Assembly (NCBI RefSeq): GCF_044704955.1
Contig: NC_091987.1
Location: forward strand, 25,978,001 to 26,042,000
Direction of reading: 5' to 3'
Length of the DNA stretch: 64,000 nucleotides
Origin: Pristiophorus japonicus
Taxonomy: Eukaryota
The position numbers were made by a program, and so were the translations under genes. Shown piece after piece: positions 57,897-64,000 of this stretch (position 1 is its first letter; the number at the start of each line of letters is the position of its first letter). The notes under the pieces are model-generated. The model was given only the letters and a program-made list of their open reading frames with translations, had not been told where the DNA came from and ran no database searches.

Positions 57897-60800
57897 TCAA
57901 ATTAAAATTTGGTTGCCGGGCGTGATGATGCACTCCAGTCCCTCCGGTGCCCACCTCTCGCGGAAGGCCGCGAGCGTACCGGTGGACACCGCGTGCTCCA
58001 TCTCCAAGGACACCCTGGACCGGATGTAAGAGCGGAAGAGAGGCAGGCAGTCAGGTTGAACGACCCCCTCGACCGCCCGCTGCCTGGACCGGCTGATGGC
58101 ACCCTTGGCCGTGCCCAGGAGCAGTCCTACGAGGAGGCCTTCGGACCTACCCGCTCCCCTCCGCACAGGGTGCCCAAAGATCAGGAGAGTGGGACTGAAG
58201 TGCAGCCAGAATTTCAGGAGCAGCCCCTTCAAATAATGGAACAGGGGCTGCAACCTTGTGCACTCTATAAAAACATGGAACACGGACTCCTCCAGACCGC
58301 AGAAATTGCAGGCGGCCTGGGAGTCCGTGAACCGGCTTAAAAATTTGTTGCACGGCACTGCTCCGTGCACCACCCTCCAGGCCAAGTCCCCGATGAATAG
58401 TGGGAGGACCCCTGCGTAGAGTGCCCTCCATCGGGGACCCCCGCCTCCTCCGGACGGCAAGATGGTGCGCCATGGCGTGTCCGGACGGCCGGCGAGGATG
58501 GCAAAGTTGAGGGTGTGCAGGAGCAGCCCGTACAGGAAACCCCTCCGCGCGGAACTGAAAGGCACGGAGGGGATTTCCCCGAGGCGGCTCAAGTTGTGAG
58601 GCGCCGGCCCCCGAGGGAGGTTCCGGGGTTTGGCGCCGATGAGGAATTCCGTCCGGACGGGGGTCAGTTCGGACGGGATCTCCCCACGTGCTTGAGCCTC
58701 CTCGATACACCTAACGGAGTCAGGGCCCAGAGCTGTTTTTAGCGACTCGATGGCATCGGCCGCGCGGCGGACGTTGGCAGAATTTAGGCGCCGCGCCAGC
58801 GTGACTGGCGCCATCCAGCCCGCTCCTCCGCCATCGAGCAGGTCCCTGACCCTGGTCACCTCACCAGCCACAGCCCACTCTTCCGACCGCCACATGAAGC
58901 CTCGGCCGTGGAGGTACGGATTCCCGAGCAGCGGCTCCTGCAGGACGGCCGCCACTCCAGCCGGCGGAGAGCTGCGCTTGGTGGAGACTTTGTTCCAGAC
59001 CCTGATGAGTTCCCTGTAAAAGACAGGCAGCTCCCGGAGGGCGGTCCTGGCACCCCCCAAGTTCACAAACAGGAGCTGCGTGTCATAATTGAGGTCGAGC
59101 TGCTGGCGGAAGAAATACCTCGCCAGAGCACACCACCTGGGAGGGGGCTCGACGTAAAGGTATCTCTGCAGGGTCTGAAGACGGAAAGTCGCGAGCTGGG
59201 CGCTGACGCACACCAACGACTGACCGCCCTCCTCAAGCGGGAGACTCAAGACCGCGACAGAGACCCAGTGCTTCCTGTTGTTCCAGAAGAAGTCCACCAG
59301 CTTCTTCTGTATCTTGGCGACAAACGCAGGGGGAGGGGTCAAAGTGACCAGCCGGTACCACAGCATTGCGGCCACCAGCTGGTTTATGACTAGCGCTCGA
59401 CCCCTGTAGGACAGCACTCGGAGCAGTCCTGTCCAGCGCCCTAGGCGAGCGGCGACCTTGGCCTCCAGCTCCTGCCAGTTCACCGGCCAGGCTTCCTCGT
59501 CGGGGCTAAGGTAGACTCCCAGATAGAGGAGATGGGTCGTGCTCCAGGCAAAAGGCCTGAGCTCCTCCGGCAGGGAGTCCACCCGCCACTGACCCACCAG
59601 GAGTCCGGAACATTTCTCCCAGTTGATCCTGGCGGAGGACGCGGCCGAGTAAATCTCCTGGCACTCACGCATCCTCCGCAGGTCAGCGGGATCCTCTACC
59701 GCGAGGAGCACGTCATCGGCGTAAGCCGAGAGGACGACCTCCACGCCCGGCCCTTGCAGAGCCAGTCCCGTCAACCTCGTCCGCAAGAGGCGCAGGAAAG
59801 GCTCCACGCAAACGGCGTATAACTGGCCGGACATGGGGCATCCCTGGCGCACCCCTCTCCTAAAGCGAAGGGGCGCCGTCAAGGACCCGTTAACCTTAAT
59901 CAGACACTCCGCGGCGGCGTACAAAAGTCGGATCCGGGCGACGAAATGCGTCCCGAACCCGAAAGCGCGCAGAGTTCCGAGCAGATAGTCGTGATCCACC
60001 CTGTCGAACGCCTTCTCTTGGTCGAGGGATAGGAAGGCGACCGACAGACCAGCCTCCTGGGAGCAATGGATGAGGTCCCGGACCAGATGGATGTTGTCGT
60101 GGATCGTCCGGCCCGGGACCGTGTATGACTGGTCGGGGTGGATCATGTGGTCCAGCACGGCACCAAGGCGAGCAGACATCGCCCTGGCGAAAATTTTGTA
60201 GTCCGTGCTGAGGAGGGAGACCGGGCGCCAGTTCTTAAGGAGGCGGAGATCGCCCTTCTTAGGCAGCAGGACGATGACTGCCCTGCGCCAAGAGAGGGGC
60301 ATCTCCCCGGTCGCCAGACTTTCCCCCAGGACCCGCGCGTAGTCGCTCCCCAGGACGTCCCAGAACGCCCTGTGGAACTCCACGGTCAGCCCGTCCAGCC
60401 CCGGGGATTTTCCCCTCGAGAGCCGGGCGAGGGCACCGGTCAGCTCCGCCAGGCTTAGCGGAGCTTCCAGATTTTCGGCGCCCTCCGGGCCGACCTTCGG
60501 CAGGTCCTCCCACAAAACTCTACGCGCTTCCTCGCTGGACGGATCCGGAGAGAACAGAGCCCCGTAATATTCACGGACCCTGTTGTTGACGCCCTCCGGA
60601 TCCGAGACGAGAGAGCCGTCGTCGGCCAGCAGCGTCAAGAGCTGCTTACGGACACTCTGCCTTTTTTCCAGCGAGTAGAAGAAGGGGGAGCCGCGGTCCA
60701 GATCCCGCAGGAACCGGATCCGCGACCTCACGAACGCGCCTCGGGACCCGACGAGCTGCAGGTCCTTCAGCGCGGCCTTCTTCGCTTCGTACACCGTCCG

Positions 60801-61796
60801 CAGGGCCGGGTCCTGGACGACTTGACCGAGACGGGCTTCCAGGTCGAGCACCTCTTTTTCTAGGCGCCCGACTCTGGCCGCCCGCCTCTTGGTCGACCCC
60901 CTCGCGTACTCTTGACAGAAGACGCGGACGTGAGCCTTGCCCACGTCCCACCATAGCCTCAAGGAGGGGAAGCCCCCCTGCTTCCTTCTCCAGTCGGACC
61001 AGAATCGACGGAACGAGTCCTGGAACCGCACGTCCTCCAGCAGCCGGTTGTTAAAGTGCCAGTACGCGGACCCCGTTCTCGCGCGGAGTGAAGCGAGCTC
61101 CGCCCACACCAGGTGGTGGTCCGAACACGGCACCGGCCGCATGGAGGCCGCCGGGACGCAGGAAACGTACGCCCGAGACACGTAAAGGCGGTCGACTCTA
61201 GACCATCCAACTCCAGGCCTCACCCAAGTAAAGGCGCTGGAGTCGGGGTGGAGATTTCGCCAGACGTCCACCAAGTCGAAGGACCCGACCAGGTCCCTCA
61301 ACTTCTCCATCGCCGTCATGCACTGCGGGGCACCGGAGCGGTCCCTCGCCTCGAGGGTGCAGTTAAAATCCCCCCCGAGGACAATGCAGTCGCCGACGTC
61401 GACGGAGCCAAGAAGAGCGGACACCTCTTCAAAGAAGCGCGTTTGCTGCGGGCCGGGATGAGGGGCGTACACGTTCACGAGATGGAGCGGCACGTCCCCC
61501 AGGCGAACCGTTACGTGCAGCAAGCGGCCTGGCACGGGCTCCTCGACCCCCAAGATCTCCGGCTGAAAATGCGGGCCCAGCAAGATGGCCACCCCACTAG
61601 AAATGGCGGTGAGGTGGCTCATGCGGACCTCTCCTTGCCATTCCAGGAGCCACGTGGCTTCGTCTCCCGGAACGGTGTGGGTTTCTTGCAGGAAGCACAC
61701 CGCATATTTCCCCTCCCGCAGGAGCGAAAAATTGTCAAATCTACGGCGTGCCCCTCTGCCGCCGTTGATGTTGAGGCTGGCTATGGTTATCTTCAT
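57897..61796 (-). CDS. Tx1 ORF2: AP endonuclease, reverse transcriptase, C-terminal CCHC finger (about 1299 aa)
   Basis: MKITIASLNING, LQETH, GDFN, SDH (APE); KSPGLDG, NWRPVSLL, LDQEKAFD, GVRQGCP, YADD (RT); CNFCGLEESVFHVFIEC. Confidence 0.95.
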   Translation of the reverse strand: MKITIASLNINGGRGARRRFDNFSLLREGKYAVCFLQETHTVPGDEATWLLEWQGEVRMSHLTAISSGVAILLGPHFQPEILGVEEPVPGRLLHVTVRLGDVPLHLVNVYAPHPGPQQTRFFEEVSALLGSVDVGDCIVLGGDFNCTLEARDRSGAPQCMTAMEKLRDLVGSFDLVDVWRNLHPDSSAFTWVRPGVGWSRVDRLYVSRAYVSCVPAASMRPVPCSDHHLVWAELASLRARTGSAYWHFNNRLLEDVRFQDSFRRFWSDWRRKQGGFPSLRLWWDVGKAHVRVFCQEYARGSTKRRAARVGRLEKEVLDLEARLGQVVQDPALRTVYEAKKAALKDLQLVGSRGAFVRSRIRFLRDLDRGSPFFYSLEKRQSVRKQLLTLLADDGSLVSDPEGVNNRVREYYGALFSPDPSSEEARRVLWEDLPKVGPEGAENLEAPLSLAELTGALARLSRGKSPGLDGLTVEFHRAFWDVLGSDYARVLGESLATGEMPLSWRRAVIVLLPKKGDLRLLKNWRPVSLLSTDYKIFARAMSARLGAVLDHMIHPDQSYTVPGRTIHDNIHLVRDLIHCSQEAGLSVAFLSLDQEKAFDRVDHDYLLGTLRAFGFGTHFVARIRLLYAAAECLIKVNGSLTAPLRFRRGVRQGCPMSGQLYAVCVEPFLRLLRTRLTGLALQGPGVEVVLSAYADDVLLAVEDPADLRRMRECQEIYSAASSARINWEKCSGLLVGQWRVDSLPEELRPFAWSTTHLLYLGVYLSPDEEAWPVNWQELEAKVAARLGRWTGLLRVLSYRGRALVINQLVAAMLWYRLVTLTPPPAFVAKIQKKLVDFFWNNRKHWVSVAVLSLPLEEGGQSLVCVSAQLATFRLQTLQRYLYVEPPPRWCALARYFFRQQLDLNYDTQLLFVNLGGARTALRELPVFYRELIRVWNKVSTKRSSPPAGVAAVLQEPLLGNPYLHGRGFMWRSEEWAVAGEVTRVRDLLDGGGAGWMAPVTLARRLNSANVRRAADAIESLKTALGPDSVRCIEEAQARGEIPSELTPVRTEFLIGAKPRNLPRGPAPHNLSRLGEIPSVPFSSARRGFLYGLLLHTLNFAILAGRPDTPWRTILPSGGGGGPRWRALYAGVLPLFIGDLAWRVVHGAVPCNKFLSRFTDSQAACNFCGLEESVFHVFIECTRLQPLFHYLKGLLLKFWLHFSPTLLIFGHPVRRGAGRSEGLLVGLLLGTAKGAISRSRQRAVEGVVQPDCLPLFRSYIRSRVSLEMEHAVSTGTLAAFRERWAPEGLECIITPGNQILI

Positions 61797-61822
61797 GGCA
61801 AAAGCATAGTGCAACCTCTACC

Positions 61823-63922
61823 TTAACCTATTGTGGGGGAGGGAGCGGAGTCTTTTGTTGAACTCCGCTCCCTCCGCAGCCCAGCGAGGAGTCCCTCGAG
61901 CTCGCGCAGCTCAAGGTGCTGCTCCTTTGTCAAGGGCCCGCCCGCGGCCAAGGTTTTAACGGCGGCGCGGACGGACCCCTTGATCAGCTCCGGCTCGGAC
62001 CATTTTTCCAGGGCCAGTCGGGCTTGGTCGCGGCGACCCCGGCTCTGGGCCAAAAAGTCCCGGAGTTCCTTTGCAGGAACGAGGAGGGCCTCAGCGGCGG
62101 CCGCGAGCAGATCCACCGCCTCACTGGCGGTGGTCTCTAGGTCTTCACCCGCGTCCCCCACCGAGTCCCCGTCCTCCTCCGGGAGGTGGCCGCCAGCAGC
62201 CGGCCCATCGACCGCACAAGGTACGGCAAATGAACCGGCCGCTCCAACCGGCCCTGGCACTGCCCCGATCCCACCCCCAGGATCGTCGGCAGAGGAGTCC
62301 CCACTGGGCTCTTTTAAAAATGGTGCTGGGTTGGGAAATGACAGCGGAAGGGGTTCCCCCTCCGCCCCAGGAACCGGAGAACAAGGAGAGACCCGGCCAT
62401 AGGAAATCCCCAGGCCCTCCAAGTGCTCCAGCTCCAAAGTAAGGGGCGAGGGTGGGTGTTCCTCCCCCTCCCCGCTGCCACCCCCCGGCCCAGCATCTAC
62501 AGTTTCATTAAAATCAATATATTTTGTTTCTGCCGGGTCGAGCAACTCCCGGGGGAAGTTGGGTAATAGCTGGGCGGGCTCAGGTTCGGCCTTTTCGGCC
62601 TCGCCCGCCTCAGTCCCCGGGACGCCCGGCCCGGCGGCTACGCATTCCTCCGCGGTCCCCACGCCCCCCACGACAGGCAGATCTTCCACTCCATCCCCGG
62701 GAGGCAGAGGCTGGGCAGCCTCAACTGTCTCACCCTCCCCGGGGAAAGACTCCTCGCGCCTGCAGCGCAATTTGGGGGCGCTGGTGGGGGACGCGGGACA
62801 CGCGGCGGGCACCGACTCCTCCGCGGAGGGATATTGTTCCCCCTCCGCGTCATTGGGGCGGTGCCTCTTTTTGTTCCTGGGGGCGCGCGGAGTCAGGGAG
62901 ACCTCCATGTCTGCCGAGGCCTCCCGCTCCGCCCCCCCCTTTTCCTTTTCTTGCCCGCGCCCGGGCCCCTCTGTGGTGTTGTTCAAGGGCTCGGGCACGG
63001 GCTCGGGGCACCCCGCGCTCGCCGGTGACGGGGTTGGGCTGAGCGCGGTGGTCAAATTATCCGGCGCACCGAGGGGACCCGCCTCTTGATGTTTTGTCTT
63101 CTTCCGCGCCTTCTTTCCGGTCGGACGCTCTCCCTCCCCCCCGCCGGAGGCCCTGAAAACAAAGGCCTCCGACGATGCCCGTGCACCCATGGCTCCCGGC
63201 ACACGGACGCAACTAGGGGGAGGGGTGGCGGCGGCGCCAGCCTTGGCCGCCTTCGATGGTTTGGCGGCCTTGGAGGCGGGGCAGTTCTTGCGAACATGCC
63301 CCACCTCCCTGCAGGCATGGCACCGCACGCCGTCCGACGTCCAGAAGACGCGGTAGGCAGTCCCCTCGTGCACCACATTAAAGTGCCCTTCTGTCATGTC
63401 CTCCCGCGCCAGCCGGACAAAGAGCTGGCAGCGGAAGGAGAACACGTGGCGCAGGCTGTTCTCCCTGAGGCCGAGCGGTATGGGGTTGATCCCTGACCTT
63501 ACCTCCCCCAGTTGTTGTAGGTGAGGGAGGAGGAGCCCAGCGGGAACAAAGGGCGGGACGTTCGACACGATGACCCTCTGCGCGGTGGCCTCGAGAGGAT
63601 CCACCGGCAGGAACGTCCCGCCCACCGTGAGCCCCTTTTCGAGGGCCAGGGACACCGCCCGCTCCGACCCCAGGAAGAAAACAGCCTTCCCAGACATCTT
63701 GGAGGCTGCGACAATGGCCGAGGGGCCGACTACCCCAGCCATCGCCCGCACGCACTCCTCGATGCTCATTGTGGGGTGAGTGTAGCTCTTGACCCCGTGT
63801 TTTTTGGTTATAAGTCTGAACGGTGGCAGGGCAGCGGGTGGCGCAGGAGGGGCCGTGGAAGCGGTTGCCACCTGCGCATACGTCCTTGCTGGCCCCGCCA
63901 CCGGCGTGGATGGGGTCGCCAT
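61823..63922 (-). CDS. Tx1 ORF1 protein (copy 4, about 699 aa)
   Basis: ATG at 63922; RRM-like VIVSNVPPFV region, CX2CX4HX4C knuckle, long acidic/Pro-rich C-terminal half. Confidence 0.9.
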   Translation of the reverse strand: MATPSTPVAGPARTYAQVATASTAPPAPPAALPPFRLITKKHGVKSYTHPTMSIEECVRAMAGVVGPSAIVAASKMSGKAVFFLGSERAVSLALEKGLTVGGTFLPVDPLEATAQRVIVSNVPPFVPAGLLLPHLQQLGEVRSGINPIPLGLRENSLRHVFSFRCQLFVRLAREDMTEGHFNVVHEGTAYRVFWTSDGVRCHACREVGHVRKNCPASKAAKPSKAAKAGAAATPPPSCVRVPGAMGARASSEAFVFRASGGGEGERPTGKKARKKTKHQEAGPLGAPDNLTTALSPTPSPASAGCPEPVPEPLNNTTEGPGRGQEKEKGGAEREASADMEVSLTPRAPRNKKRHRPNDAEGEQYPSAEESVPAACPASPTSAPKLRCRREESFPGEGETVEAAQPLPPGDGVEDLPVVGGVGTAEECVAAGPGVPGTEAGEAEKAEPEPAQLLPNFPRELLDPAETKYIDFNETVDAGPGGGSGEGEEHPPSPLTLELEHLEGLGISYGRVSPCSPVPGAEGEPLPLSFPNPAPFLKEPSGDSSADDPGGGIGAVPGPVGAAGSFAVPCAVDGPAAGGHLPEEDGDSVGDAGEDLETTASEAVDLLAAAAEALLVPAKELRDFLAQSRGRRDQARLALEKWSEPELIKGSVRAAVKTLAAGGPLTKEQHLELRELEGLLAGLRRERSSTKDSAPSPTIG

Positions 63923-64000
63923 CACGGGGTCCCTTTAAGGGCTACACCCACCCCAAAGTCACAGGCCTTAATGGTCTTTAATGGCCTCGTATGTTAACTG

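Larger units (their letters stand above)
57641..64000 (-). mobile_element. Tx1-clade non-LTR retrotransposon, copy 4 (both ORFs intact; 5' UTR runs out of the window)
   Basis: Uninterrupted ORF1 and ORF2. Confidence 0.95.

Noticed and set aside
36346-63997. Many plus-strand and alternate-frame ORFs repeated in each Tx1 copy
   Set aside because: Shadow ORFs of GC-rich coding sequence; they recur only because the element is repeated.
32024-64000. D, J or C segments of the receptor locus
   Set aside because: No 12-RSS-flanked segments, FGxG J motifs or C exons were seen, so chain identity (beta) remains an inference from V features.

Overview
Vertebrate genomic DNA, most likely from a cartilaginous fish (inferred from the repeat content and the V-gene style). 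It has three zones. (1) 1-16.3 kb: the last three coding exons of an ALDH3B1-like aldehyde dehydrogenase (+ strand, C-terminal CaaX). Its introns and upstream sequence hold CR1/L2/RTE LINE fragments, a SINE, three large minisatellites and a full-length but decayed Gypsy LTR element nested in an RTE. (2) 17-32 kb: a second Gypsy remnant and an env-like glycoprotein/LTR remnant, then the start of a T-cell receptor variable-gene array, probably TCR-beta. The array has three intact Vbeta-like genes, two pseudogenes, one relic and one intact V of a different lineage (delta/IgH-like); all six full-length V segments carry 23-type RSS. (3) 32.7-64 kb: a near full-length CR1 LINE whose RT region is interrupted by at least four head-to-tail ~7.16-kb Tx1-clade non-LTR retrotransposons. 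Every junction carries the same 11-bp CR1-derived motif GTGCATGAAAC, and decay decreases from left to right, with the last copy intact. The best candidate for a new system is a sequence-specific retrotransposon that targets another LINE and repeatedly re-inserts into its regenerated target site, building an age-ordered array.
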